Source of the DNA: Podospora anserina
Lineage: Eukaryota
Direction: 5' to 3'
Length of the DNA: 64,000 bases
NCBI GenBank assembly: GCA_017654855.1
Contig: CM030333.1
Location: 2,356,001 to 2,420,000, forward strand
The notes under the pieces are model-generated. The model saw nothing but the letters and a program-made list of their open reading frames with translations, was not told where the DNA came from and ran no database searches. Within the stretch, counting starts at the first letter, position 1. Each line of letters begins with the position of its first letter. Shown piece by piece: positions 32,814 to 45,658 of the stretch. Made by a program: the position numbers and the translations under genes.

Positions 32814-33345
32814 TGTGGGAGATGTGGTGTGCTATTTGCTGTGGTGGTGGTGGTGAAGCTCGAGAACGAGGACAGCTATCCTTCTGTGGTGTAGGTTTGG
32901 TCGAAGTTGTGGTTCGTGGCGGAATAAACCCAGCAAGGAAACTGAATTGACTTATCGACGGGTGGGTATCAAGTCGTTAGGGGGGTTCGTAAAAAGGGAA
33001 GGAGGTGGGAATGGGGGATGTGAATACGAAAGAGACAGAATGGTTAAAGACTGGCCAGATTGCACACACCCCAGCACATATCTCGTACGGAGACCACCCA
33101 GTTCAAGGGTCGCGAAGTTCAGGCCATCTGTCGTTGAGCACAGCAGCAAGCAGCCAGCGCGCTATCCACACGCCACGCGGGAGGAGCATGGACCGCCCCT
33201 GTGGGACCTCAGCGGGGGCTGGCAGGGCAGGGGTGGGGCCAATCAGTGGTGCTGATCTATCAGCAGCAGCGATAACTTCATGTGAAGCGAGTGCTTCTCA
33301 CACCTCTTACCATTATATCTCATGAGCAGGCCAACAACAAACAAG

Positions 33346-33729
33346 ATGTCACCCCTCAGAACAACCCTCCCCCGCCTCCCAGTCTTCAGACGCTCAATCT
33401 TCACCCCCTCACACCTCAGACAATACTCCTCCTCCTCTCAAAAACCCACCTCCCAGACAGGAGTCTTCTACAAAGCCTGGACCAGACCAGTCGCCAAGAC
33501 AGCCCTCCTCGCAGTATTTGTATACCAGCTGGCCTACTGGGGTTGGTCAAAGCTAGAGGTGGATGACATCAAGGAGCAAAAAAAAGGTATTGTACACTTC
33601 ACCCAAAAACCATCAAGAGAAATAACTGACAACTAACAAGAAGACTGAACAAATCCAACAGCCGAGATCATCAGGCTGGAAGCCCAGGTCAAGAAACTGC
33701 AGGATGAGAAGAGGAGAGAGGAGAAATGA
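33346..33729 (+). CDS. Small mitochondrial inner-membrane protein, Ina17-like; intron 33587-33661
   Basis: Arg/Ser-rich presequence, then FYKAWTRPVAKTALLAVFVYQLAYWGWSKLE and a coiled coil EIIRLEAQVKKL. Confidence 0.7.
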
Positions 33730-34019
33730 GGCATGAAATCTGTAGAATATACACAACCAAACCCTTTACTTGTAGCAACATGTGCAGTAATGAAGCCCAA
33801 AAAGCTCGGCGATCTACATCTCTCTGTATATGCTCACAATAACCACCTCCGTTCCATTCAAACAACCACCAAACGCCATCCCTCTACAATATCAAAATAA
33901 CATGGTATCCACGCACCGGTCCTTACAGATGATGTACTAGACAAAAAAGAAAGCCAAAAAACAATCGCTCGTTTACCTGCCCAAAACCCTCATACATGTT
34001 CCCTAATAACGCCATTGCT

Positions 34020-34146
34020 AAGAAATAAATAAATAAATAAACTAAAAAAAAAAAAATTTAAAAAAAGAGAAGGAAAGAAAAAGAAAAGGAAAAAAAAAGA
34101 AAAAAAAGAAAAAAAAAGAAAAAAAAAGAAGAAAAAAAGAAAAAAC
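34020..34146. repeat. A-rich low-complexity tract (TAAA and GAAAAAAAA units)
   Basis: Read directly; lies in the MID1 3' flank. Confidence 0.85.
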
Positions 34147-34164
34147 CTCATAACCCATAACCCA

Positions 34165-36115
34165 TCAAACCCCCCAAGCCACCCCCATCCCCATCACCGC
34201 AGCCAACACCCCCCAACGTACAAGCACCTTACCCTCCCCAGAAGGAATATGCGCACTCCCCTGGAAATTACAAACCAACTCCCCATTCTCCCTCCTCTGC
34301 CCATAATTCCCCTCAAACCCCAGCCCCCCAGGCTGGGGACACCCAAACCCCATACTCGCCGGACAGCTCCTCACCAAATCATAACACAAGTCCTCACACG
34401 GCAGCAACTCTTTATACGGCCCCGGCCTAATCTCCTCGTCTATCCTCGTGTTCCGACTCGAGTTGAACCGTGTAATGTTCGGCATGCTCCCCAACTCCTC
34501 CTTGCTCAGCATCTCCCCGTCCGGGAACGGCTGGGATATCGCCCTGGCTTGCAGATAAGGGGCGCTGTTGCCAAAGTCTTCGCAGCGAGGGATGGTGACG
34601 GAGCAGAGCCAGTTCTTGTAGGCATTGGCGCAGTCGTCGCAGGTCCTGACGAGGGAGTACCGCTGTGTGGGCCCAGCTTCGCACTGGATCTGCTGGAGGC
34701 TGAGGTTAAAGTTGACGTAGAGCTTGGCCGCGTGGTCGTCGTAGAATCTGGCGAGCTGGGTCGAGTTGCCAAACGACGGGTTGGAAGGGACGGAGTAAGC
34801 TACCTCGTTGCAGAATTCGAGGTCGGTGATGAGGGCGCAGTTGCCGTGATCTATCATAATCTCTCATGTTAGCCTCACCACTTCAACAAAAAGACCAAAC
34901 AAACAAACCCACCCGACTTGGTCGTAAAATCAACCGGCTTGAACACCTCCACCCCCCCGCCTCCCCCCTGGTCCTCCCCCCCTTCCTGCCTCTTCCCCAA
35001 ACCCAAACCCACCCCCCTCCTCTCCCTCGCCAAAAAAGCCGTATAGTTCGTATCGGCCCACAACCCATTAAAGAAAAACTGCTGCTTCGGCAACCCCCCC
35101 ATCCCCCGTCTCGTCATACTACTCCTCACCTTCCCCTCCTCCCTCCCCCCCCTCACCCCCGCAATCATCGCATTCAGCTTCAGCCCACACCACGAACGCT
35201 TCAACCCATCCAACCCCCTATCCGTCTTATTATGCGCAAAAAGCACATACGGATACGGCTCCATGCTCATAATCTTCTCCTGCACCTCCGGATCCCTCTC
35301 CGTCGTCAAGTTGTGCGTGATCAGCAGGGCCCCCTGGGAGTCACTATCCACCCAGATGAGATCCGCGTCATCCTGATCGTTATACGCAAAGTAATACCCC
35401 TCCCCCGAGACCGCAATCTCAAAGTTGTATTTCCCCTCAAAAACATCCGACACGTTCGGCGCGTGAACCGCAATGTAAACATCCTCCGTGGCCGTGAAGT
35501 TGAAATTGACAGCCCCCTCCACAAACGGCAACATATGCTGAGTCGACATGTCCGCCAACGGTCCGGGAGCCTGATACTCGGCCGACTTTGACACAAAAAG
35601 CGTCAACTGCGGCGGTTCCATCTCTTTCGTCTTGTCCGGTTCGAGAGCAGTCGGTTGTTTGCAAGTGTTGACCGAGATGTAGATCGTCCTGCTGGAAGCC
35701 TGCCTCTCTCCCAACAGCCCCTCCTCTTCTTGTTCACCTTCACCCTCACCTCTCAACTCCAACCCCCTTCCCGCCCAGCAAGAACCGCCAAAGGAAACCA
35801 AAACCTCGTCGTGCTCCCCTCCTCCAAGTCCATAGGCGTAGGGTCCGTGTTCTCCAGCTTCAACAACCCGTCCGCTGCCCGCCCAATGATGCTCCTGTCG
35901 AACCCTATGAAATCCGGCTCATACATCGGCCCGCCCGCCGGGAGGTTGGGCGTAAAATCGAGGTCGTCATCGAATACAATCGGTAACAGCCGCGGCGGCC
36001 GGTCGAGCTCGGCAACGGCAAAGTGCGGCGAAAAGAGGCTCCAATACAACAAAACCAACAAGCAAGACGCAGCAACCGAAGCCGCCAACCGTGACTGCAA
36101 CGGGCTCAGGTGCAT
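34165..36115 (-). CDS. MID1: Calcium influx channel subunit Mid1; intron 34851-34912; apparent 1-nt frameshift at ~35763-35767
   Basis: MHLSPLQSRLAAS, YEPDFIGFDRSIIGRA, IYISVNTCKQP and a Cys-rich domain FCNEVAYSVP...CANAYKNWLCSVTIPRC...YKELLPCEDLCYDLVRSCP. Confidence 0.93.
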
Positions 36116-36695
36116 CGCGCAGCAAAAGTATCCCCTCGATGATTGGCAAAAGTTCATTGTTTGTTTGGGCTGTTGTTGTGAAAATATTCCCCGTCTCCGG
36201 CGTGGTGGTTGATCTTCGAATGCGCACCCAGAGCAGAGTAGACAGGCCCCTGTAGGTAGGTGACCGAGGGAGGCCGCCCGGTTTATCGTAACATGCTACT
36301 ACTCTGCAAAAGGGATCGTATAGATTCGAAAATGAGCAGCGTGTTTGTGAGGGAGAAGAAATCGCTCGTACTTTTCGTCAATCGTCGGGTGGTTCGTCGT
36401 GGAAAAAAAGGTTCGGATGTGTCTGTGGTGGTGTAAGTGCAGATAGACAACTGGAGCATCAGCAGCCGTGTCCAAAGGGTTGATTGATGGTTGCCGCCTC
36501 GGCAGCCCGGGCCCTTGCAGTGGCACCAAGGAACGGGCTGCCAAGAACCCGATGAGAATTGGGACAGGGGGCGATCCCACAGAATTACGTATCCTTTCAC
36601 ATGAAACACTGAACCAAAAAAGGTCCATGCTCACCATGTCGATCTATCCAAAGGATGATGCCATACACGATACACTCCAATAAATCCCCCCCCCC

Positions 36696-36728
<33 letters not shown>

Positions 36729-37182
36729 GAAAAAAAAGGCGGCCGTAGTGTAACCCCTCTCTCTTCTCATCACTCCTCCCTGCTCCATCCCCCCTCCTAT
36801 TCAGCGTACATACACAGTAGAATCCAAACAGCGCGCACGAATCTATTCCGGAAAAATTGACCAATCCCGAAAGGAAAATCCCACATAAAGGTTGAATCCG
36901 TGAGCACCAGTGTACCTAACCCCTCCCTTGAACCCTAGAAGATACCCTCCCATCCCAAGCCACCATGCATGTGTCTATCATGTCGTCTGGAGTTTCCAAC
37001 CTTGCCGCCGATCCGCGTGGCCTGCGTCGTAAATCATGTCCAACGTCAAGAAGGAAACGGGCATCTGAATGCTTTTTGTTGTTTCACTTATCTCCTCGAA
37101 GCTAGCTAGACCCCCACGCAAAGCCAAGTAGATATCTGCTTTGCACTTTCACAGGAGAGGTCCAGCAACCGATAAGACCCAT

Positions 37183-37957
37183 TTACTCGGTGTGGAGATC
37201 GGCCTTCGCGCGGAGGCCGCTGGCGGTGGAGCCAGAGGTCTGGAAGTGGCGGGAGAGGGTAGGGGCGAGGAAGGAGCGGAAGATGATCTCGGCACCCCTG
37301 ATGTTGTGGTTAGTTTTGGGTAGATGCGGAAGCAAGGGGAGGCAGCAGCTTACTTGAAGGAAGGGAGAGAGAGCCAGAGAAGGAAGATGAACTTGAAGGT
37401 ATAATAGAAAGGAACCCAGTAGACGACGCTGATGAAGCTCTCCAGGACGCTGGAATTGGTTAGTATCAATGTGTTTTTCGGAGCCCGAGTTCTTGGGCAT
37501 CAAACGAAAGGCCTTACGTGAAGAAAGAGAAGACAACCCAGTACTGCACAAGATGTCAGTCATTGATACCAAAACTTTCAGCACACCATAGACACTTACG
37601 GTCAACCATTGGGTATCATCGTGCTTGTCGGCAGAAAACAAGGCACCGAGGGAGTAGTAGCCGGGGATGACAAAGCCGGCGATGTTGGTCAGGAGCTGAC
37701 CGCCGAGGTTGAGGAGGATGAGGAAGAAGTAGAGGGCGACGGAGCCAAGGACAGCGTAGGCCTTGGGGACACCGGTTTGCTTCTCGAGGTTGATGAGAAC
37801 GGGGTACTTGGAGAGCTGCGAGACGGTGGTGTGAGTACAAGCACGAGGCGCAAGGCAACAACAATGTGAGGGGATTCGGATTCGGGCAAAGACGGAAACG
37901 CACCTCCTTGTCGAGCTGGCCAACGTAGACCTGGGCCTTATCCTGGGGGGAAGACAT
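37183..37957 (-). CDS. YOP1: Yop1/DP1 (REEP) ER-shaping protein, multi-exon
   Basis: GQLDKE|LSKYPVLINLEKQTGVPKAY, GFVIPGYYSL, DDTQWLT|YW and YWVPFYYTFK; several GT-AG introns, the first at 37816-37903. Confidence 0.95.
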
Positions 37958-38568
37958 TGTTGCGAGTTGGTATAATGCGATCGTTGAAGATGCTGCTAGC
38001 CGGTGTGGATTGTCAGAAGATATTCGGAAGAAGGACGCTCGAGGTTTTAAGGGGCCAGACTCGCAGGTCTGAGGTTGGGCACTGCCCGAGTGGGGAGTGC
38101 TTCAGGAGAGTAGGAACAGGAGAAGGCCCGGCAATTTCGGCGGGGGAGCTCTGGCTGGGCCACGAGCTCGTCGCACGCCTAAAAATACCCTTTTGGATCT
38201 TGACAAGGCCGGGGAGGGCAGGGAGGAAGAATGAGGGGCTTACCTGGTACTTTTGTTGTGAAAAAAAAAGTTGAGTGAGGTGCTAGTGATGGGCTATGTT
38301 GCAAGAGCAAAAGTGTGTTTTTCTGTAACTGTGTGTCGGGAGGTTGGGAGCTCAGGAGGTGAGAGGAGCCGATTTGTTATCAGAATGGAGCCGAACGACG
38401 GTGGGAGGGTGGATGCAAGGTGAGCAATGACGACTGATACGTGTGCACTTGGCAGCTCTCTTATCTTGTTTTCAAACTCGAGTCCGAAGGAGGGGTAGTC
38501 ACGTGCTCTCTTTCATAGAAGTTACAGTCGTATAGGCTATCTCCACCTCTGCTGACATCCAATTCTCT

Positions 38569-38642
38569 GGTTTCGTGGTGTAGTTGGTTATCACGTCAGT
38601 CTAACACACTGAAGGTCTCCAGTTCGAGCCTGGACGAAATCA
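38569..38642 (+). tRNA. tRNA-Val(AAC), intronless
   Basis: Acceptor stem GGTTTCG/CGAAATC-A, anticodon arm TCAGT-CT-AAC-AC-ACTGA, T-loop GTTCGAG, and a T5 terminator shortly downstream. Confidence 0.97.
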
Positions 38643-39510
38643 ATCTCATATCCTTTTTGGCATTTTTGGTTCAGTCATTTCCAGTTCAGATCTTATCTTT
38701 TTATCTTGCTCAGACATTTGGATCTGACCTTTCCCATGACCACGCTGTGATGCGCGTCTGCACACACGGCCCGTTGACACAGACAGCAGGTGACAGTGAT
38801 TGACTGATGTATGGAAAGAGACAATATGTGCCTAATCGAGGTTATTATCAGCTCAACGCGAACCGTGTCTACCAAGTCTAAAATTCCAGGCATTGGTCTT
38901 CTGAAGTATACAGCTGCATACTTGCTCGCTTCTTGATGTGCACAGCTACCCGATAGATATTGAGAAACACTGTTCAGGCCACCGATGAAAGATATCCCAG
39001 ATCAGAAGAGATACACTACGAGACGGTATACAACTCATGATATCAGCAGCATGTCTGTCTGCCATTGTTTTCATCTCAAAGACGACGTTGTTGTTTCTGT
39101 CGAGGTCGTGAAGCGAGCCAATGGCACAGCGTCAGCCAGCAATGTGGGGGGTGGATGATGGGTGGTGGTACGTGCGGGGAGGATGACCACAAGGAGGCTG
39201 GAGCGCATTGCCCCGAGCAGCGCCTGTGTTTGTTGATTTCTTTCTCTCCTCATCCCGTGGAAAATGCGCAAGACTTGCTGAGCACCAACGCCGCTTACCG
39301 CGCTGCACGTTCCGCTCCACCTGCACCTGCACCGCGCCGAACAGACAACCTCCATATCGAATAGATCGAGTATCGCGTATCCAGGTCGCCTTTGCGTCCA
39401 TCATATCTCCATTGTCGCAACCAGGCAGGGTGTCCATCTTGGTGTTTTGAGCTAGCTAGCCGACAGACCAAAGCAAAGCAAAGCATTGCCTGTCGACGAA
39501 AGCGGTGGCA

Positions 39511-42171
39511 ATGGACTCGACCCACGGTAAGGGACCCATTTATTATTAGTATTTGTTTATTCTGTTTTGTTCAATCGTCAGAGTCAAAATTCGTTCTGTT
39601 CTAGGACTCGCAAATTAAATCCCTTCTCCTTTCTATATCCAGATCCTCTGTCGCTTGCCAAGGCGAGAAAGCGGCCACGGTCGCGAGCCTCAACAGCATC
39701 CATGCATAGTCACACAACACAGCCCAATATCGAGCATTCTTTTGCCGACAGTCAAGATGTCTACGGTTCCTCGCAGTGGATGCCGGCCAGCGACCACCAG
39801 CACACCCACGGCCTGCCACAGCTGACCCCCGAGGACCTGCTGCTGGCGTCACAGCTCCAGACCGGCCGTGACTACGCCAACGAGCCACCACTCAACGCCT
39901 CGATGCAGAGCGTCGCCTTCCACCACAGCCACAGCATGAGCCGCCAGTCCATCTCTGCCGACTCCTTTGCCGGCAACACCAGCTTCGACGACAGCCAGAT
40001 GTTGGACCGTGACGGGAACGACGACGGGGACTCGTTCAGCGGCTTGCAGCCACCTGCCAAACCAGGGTCGAGGTCGAGCGCAAACAACGAGATGGAGATG
40101 AGGCAGCTGTTCAATGCCAGCAAGCACCGCACCTTGCAGGACGTCGCCCTGGAGCTGCATGGAAACGAGAGGGGCCCAAACTCGGAGCGGACAAGACAGG
40201 TGTTCGCGATGCTTTGGTATGCACGCACTGGGCTTTAGCATTGATGATACTCGACGACTGACAGCGGTAGGATCAACTCGGTGTGCTCCAAGGGGAAGGG
40301 CTCGGTACCAAGGGGGCGCGTGTATGCCAACTACGCGTCGCGTTGTGCCACGGAGAGGATCACGGTCTTGAACCCTGCCAGCTTTGGGAAGCTGGTCAGA
40401 GTTCTCTTTCCTGGGCTGAAGACAAGGCGATTGGGGGTGCGCGGAGAGTCAAAGTATCACTATGTTGGCTTTAGCCTCAAAGAAGAGCTTCCCGAGCCAG
40501 AGGCTGTTAACACACAACAAACGGTACCTCTAGGTGACAATATGTCTTTCACGCAAAACTTCAAGTCAGTTTTCACCCCCCCTTTCACTTTCACAAGGCG
40601 GCCGTCCACCTAACCAAATCCACAGCACGCTGCCCAACAACGACGTGTCGACGAGATCAGAACGAACAGCGTTTCCCACGCCAGATCTCGGGAGTCAACC
40701 AGGACTCAAGGTTCCTCGGTCTCGCGAGTTCCAGCACAGTCTCTACAACCAACCGCAGGTGTCCAGCTTCGACCAACTGCAACGGACGATGGACAAGACG
40801 GCGAAACGGCTCAAATTCTCCACCGACACGGGCGAGGCCTTTAAACAATCAGATCCGCTCATACTTCCTAGGATCGAACCATTTTTACCAAGCGGGACCG
40901 ATGCGGACGCCGCCAAGTCTCTCACGGCCCTGTATCGATCACACTGCACATCTCTTGTCGAATGTATCCGTTACTGCAAGGAAAAGACGTTTTTCCATCT
41001 TTTTACTTCGTTTCAGGGCACCCTCACCATGCCCGTCCAGAAGCTCTTTTCACACCCGGCCATCGCGCCATGGATCGAGGAATGCGACTTTATCTTGTAC
41101 CAGCGCATGATGCGGATAGTCTCAGGCCTCACGTTGCAAGTGGTCCCCAAGCCCGTCCTCGACACGCTGAGGAGCATATCCGAGAGGCTCGTTCGTCACA
41201 TTAGAGAGTCGTTCCACGGCCAACCGGCCCATGTATTACGAGCCAAGGAGGCGCCCGCCGCCCTCTTTGCCGGCCTTCTCGACCGGGCCTTGCGAGTCAA
41301 CCTCACGGCCCACGCGGCGGCAAACATGCTGTCGAACCCGGCAAACCGAGACCTGATGTACGCGGAGTTCATCTCGATGATTAACGTTCGCAAGATTTCC
41401 GAGAGCATACCGTCGCGGGGCATGGACGACGTGGTGAATGTGTTGCTGACGGAGATGAGGCACCTGCTGGATCCGGTGAATGTCCCCTGGGATATTGAGT
41501 GTCTGACTGTTCACGGGGATGTGCCTCCGCAATCGAGGCAGTCGCAGGAAGCTGTTCAGGATGACACGAGCGCTTCTAATGTGTTGGATCGGTGGGTTAA
41601 CTTCCTGAGGTCTTTGCCGGCGAGGTTTCCGTATGCGTCGGCGACGGATGTTGTTTGGTGTGCGCAGCGGTTGGGGACGGCGCTGATGAGGGATTTGACG
41701 ATTGGGCAGGGGAAGAGCTTTGGGAGCTGGTGGGTGACGAAATGCTGGCTGGATGAGATGGTGGAGTTTATGGCTGAGCAAGGGGGGTTTATGCAGCAGA
41801 GGGGGTCGGGGGGATTGGGGGTTGGTTTGGTTGGGGATGGGCGTGGGGGGCTGAGTGTGGCTAAACGGGGACAACAGCAGAATATTGGAGGAGGAGGGTC
41901 GAGGTATAGCAGTGGGAGTGATGATTTTCATCATTTGGGGGGGAGGAATGGTGGGGGGGAGCATGATGGGTTGTTGGGTGGGGGGCAGCCGGATAGGGCT
42001 GTTTTTCCTAGTGGTCCCGGGACAGGAGGAGGGGGCCAGGGAGGGCAGCAGAATCCGGATGATAGTGGGATTGGGATTAGGACGCCGGATGAGGACTTGC
42101 CAGGGGAGAAGTTTGGGAGTCCGGTTGGGGGGGAGGGGGATTTATTTGGGGAGGGGGGGTTGGATTTGTAG
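39511..42171 (+). CDS. RFX-type winged-helix transcription factor (CpcR1/Rfx1-like); introns about 39527-39642, 40217-40270 and 40565-40625
   Basis: RFX DNA-binding domain VPRGRVYANYASRC...LNPASFGKLVRVLFPGLKTRRLGVRGESKYHY and C-terminal MRDLT..SFGSW. The start codon is less certain. Confidence 0.9.
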
Positions 42172-42703
42172 CCTGGGGGATAGCAGTAGGATAAAGGGGA
42201 GTTTGCGGGGGGTTTGTTTTTTGTACCAGTGATTGTGCTGGTTATGTGTGTTATGAACTATGATATGGGGTTTAGCGTATGGATTTGGGGGTTAATGTGT
42301 GTCAATTTTTCTTTTCTTCTTTGTTTTTTTTCTTGAGATGGTGTGGTGGTGTTTTACTTGTTGGAGTGGTACTTGCTTGCTGTTTAATGTTTCTGGTGGT
42401 TACGTGGGCTTGGGAGGGTTGGTTGGTTTTGCATACGGGAGGGAGGGGTAGGAGGGTTTACCTGTCGTTGCTGCTGGGAATCTAAAAATGATGGGAGGAT
42501 GGATTTCCCGGTGGTTTACATATACAAATGACGGAACAAGTTGCGGTTGTGAGAAGGGGGAGGGTGGATGGGAAATGAATGGATATTTGTATATTCTGTG
42601 GTCTGATGAGTGCAGAGATATCCTGTTTATCCCTCCTCCAATCATTTGCTTGATTGCTGCTCGTGTTTTGTTGTAGGTGTTTGTGTTTGCGTTTGTCGGG
42701 ATG

Positions 42704-43231
42704 TCACCAAACCACCCAATGCTTCCAATCCCTCCTCCTCCTGGGATGTTTTCCTCTGCCCCTTTCCCCAATTCTGTTTGATGAGTTTGGCTCTGGTCGG
42801 GGATACCGCCGCAGGGAACCAAACTCGGGCTCGCGCCGGGGCCAGTCGTAGGGGTTCTCTTCGCCTTCGCCCCAGATGTCTTTTGGGTTGAAGGCGCCAT
42901 TGCTGTCAGCGTATGGGTCTGCCGGAGGTTCAGGGGGAATGTTGAGGGGTGTGTCCCTTAGTGAAGGGGGGACTGTGCCGATGGATTTGTTTGGTGGTGG
43001 TGGTGGTGTACCTTTCCGTCCTCCCAGCCCTTCTTCCTGTGTAGGGATGTGAGGCGTGGTCATTGTTTTGAAGATCTGATCTTCTATTGTTTGGGGGGTG
43101 TCCAATGAGGGAGGGGGAGGGGGGACGAGTTCATTCGAGTGGGTGTAGCGGTGTGGTGTTGGGGTTGGGAGGGCTGATGTTGTCAGGAGGAGGGTGGTTG
43201 TGAGGATCAGGGCTGGTGATGATAGTTTCAT
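42704..43231 (-). CDS. Small Pro-rich, probably secreted hypothetical protein
   Basis: Signal-peptide-like MKLSSPALILTTTLLLTTSA-LP; no recognisable domain. Confidence 0.55.
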   Translation of the reverse strand: MKLSSPALILTTTLLLTTSALPTPTPHRYTHSNELVPPPPPSLDTPQTIEDQIFKTMTTPHIPTQEEGLGGRKGTPPPPPNKSIGTVPPSLRDTPLNIPPEPPADPYADSNGAFNPKDIWGEGEENPYDWPRREPEFGSLRRYPRPEPNSSNRIGERGRGKHPRRRRDWKHWVVW

Positions 43232-43831
43232 GGTTGACATCACTTTAACAAACATATAAAAGAAGATGTGTTTCTTTCTTATAGGTATCCAGGATGAGGA
43301 AATTGATTGCCATTGTTGAATCATGTCCATGTGGCAGACACTTATACCATTACCATCTCACTCTCACCATGCCGACTACCCGGCACACTGACATGCCCAG
43401 GAACACTTCCCAATATCCAGGCTACACACATTGCTGCATTTATGCGTTTGAACCAGTCTTGGAGGCCGGTGGGCGATATATGTCCAATCCGGCTGAATTG
43501 CATCTGCCACCTCCCAAGAGTCTCGGCACTCACGCAGCATTGCAGTCCGTAACCGATCGATTGATGGGGAAGAGGCCATAGCTGGAAAATATAAATTACA
43601 CGTGTTGATTTACCGTGACATTTGGCTTGCTAGTTGTATTCTTAGTGATGGGGCATATCCCCTGCCCCGTTCTGAGGAGGAACATACACTCAGAACATGC
43701 AAGATGAAAAGCATTGAAAATAAAAACAAAATGTTCCACAAGGCTGTGTAAACTGACAGTTTGGCTCGAATAGTCACACCGATCTAACCCGTATCCACAG
43801 ATCTATCCTCTTGTCGCTCCAGTCATCCTCT

Positions 43832-44980
43832 CTAATTAATCTTCCTCACCACCAACTCCCCCCTCTCATCCCCCTCCAACTCCAGCAACCCACCCGCCTC
43901 CAACTTCCTCTTCCACTTTGTGCTCTCATACCTCGCCAACACAACCGTCATCCTCAACACCGACTCCCCGCTACTCTCGTGCTCCTTCACCCCCCCCCCC
44001 ATAGCCGTAAACGTCCACCTCCCAAACGCCCAATTCAGAATGTACCTCCCGCTCTGGCTCTTGGTCACAGGAACATCCTCATCCGAATTCTTCACCTCCC
44101 CCTCCCCACCCACAGTCAGCACAGCCTTAATCCTATAAACCTCATCCTTCGGCGCCTTCCCAAGCAACCCCATCAGCTTCCCCGCATCCACCCCTTTTCC
44201 TTTTTGCGTCCCCTTCAACTCAACACTAAGAACCTCCACCTCATTCCGATGCCCATGATCATGTTCGTGTTCCCCCTCCCCATTTCCGCCCTCCCCTTCC
44301 ACCAGTCCAGCAGCGAGACTCGAATCCAACCCCAGCAAAACCCCAACCTCGACCCTCCCCCTATCACTCCTCACCCTAGCAGTCTCAACCTCCAAATCCC
44401 CCAACCGATCCACCACCTCCTCCACCCTCCTCTCCCCAACACCCTCCCACTTATTCAACACCACCAAATCAGTATACCTAGCCTGCAGCCTAGCCGTGAA
44501 GCTAACATCCTCATACCCCCCCCAATTCTCAACATCAATCACGCTAACCACCCCATCCAACACCCACTCCCTACCCCCCGTCTCCCTCACCAGTCTATTA
44601 ACCTCCATAGCCAACGTGGCAGGGAACGCACTCCCGCTCGTCTCGATGATGACCCTGTCCGGTCTCGCCGTTTCCCTCAGTTCTTTCAAGGCAGAGGATA
44701 AGCTGCCTACCAGGTTACAACAGATACACCCGTTCAGCAGTTCCTTAACCGAGGAGATGGAAGAAGACGAGGCAAGCTGGCTGTCGACTGCGAGGTCGCC
44801 AAACTCGTTTTTTAGGAGCGCCAAAGTGTAGTTTGGATTCAGGGCCCGCAGTTGGGGGAGGAGGTTGAGGATGAGGGTTGTTTTGCCCGCTCCCAAAAAG
44901 CCGGTGAGGATGGTGATGGGGATTGGTTTTTGTTCATTGTCACCGTTGGGGGTGGTGGAAGGGTGTAGGTCGCCCATCAT
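43832..44980 (-). CDS. CobW/COG0523 (ZNG1-like) G3E GTPase metallochaperone
   Basis: GFLGAGKTT, KNEFGD, GCICC, IETSG, LNKW and a His-rich EHEHDHGH stretch. Confidence 0.92.
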   Translation of the reverse strand: MMGDLHPSTTPNGDNEQKPIPITILTGFLGAGKTTLILNLLPQLRALNPNYTLALLKNEFGDLAVDSQLASSSSISSVKELLNGCICCNLVGSLSSALKELRETARPDRVIIETSGSAFPATLAMEVNRLVRETGGREWVLDGVVSVIDVENWGGYEDVSFTARLQARYTDLVVLNKWEGVGERRVEEVVDRLGDLEVETARVRSDRGRVEVGVLLGLDSSLAAGLVEGEGGNGEGEHEHDHGHRNEVEVLSVELKGTQKGKGVDAGKLMGLLGKAPKDEVYRIKAVLTVGGEGEVKNSDEDVPVTKSQSGRYILNWAFGRWTFTAMGGGVKEHESSGESVLRMTVVLARYESTKWKRKLEAGGLLELEGDERGELVVRKIN

Positions 44981-45658
44981 TGGCTGAGAGTTGATATGAG
45001 ATGTGGTGATGATGGCAAGATGTGTGATTGTCTGAGTGAAAAGTGAGAGATGAGTTTATGAGCGAGTAGTTATCCAAGTCAAGAAAACGACTCGAGTAAC
45101 AAGCGGCGACGTCGGACAAGACACACACACCCAAGCTTGAGTGGTGGCGGGGTGATAAGCGATAAGAGCTTGGCAGCTTTGCCCCTCCATCACAAACTAC
45201 CTACCATCCTCATCCTTCGTGTTCCTTGCATTGTTTACATTGCCTAAAACACTGCCCTTTACAGCGTCATTTCACGTAAACACTACTGGCCCCGATTCCT
45301 GGTCTCATATTCACAAACACTAGTTCATACCTACAACCCACACAAACGCACTCATCCCATCTCAACCACCAAGTGACGTCATCCACCGTGTTCAAAGATC
45401 ATCGAAATAAAAACATTGAAACTTTGCTCAACATCGCTCGAACTCTGCCAAAAGAATTCCAAATGCTTCATGTGTCGTGATACTTCTGATGAGTTCAATG
45501 CAGGAGCAGACGAAAAAAAGAAAAATACCAGTCTAAAACAAAAAGCCACTCGACGCATGCTTGCCATGCCATCCCACCCAAGCAACAAAACCAAAAAAAA
45601 AAAAGACCACCCTTGACCTCACCAGACCCCTTTTTATCCCGTCTCATCCTCAAGCCCT

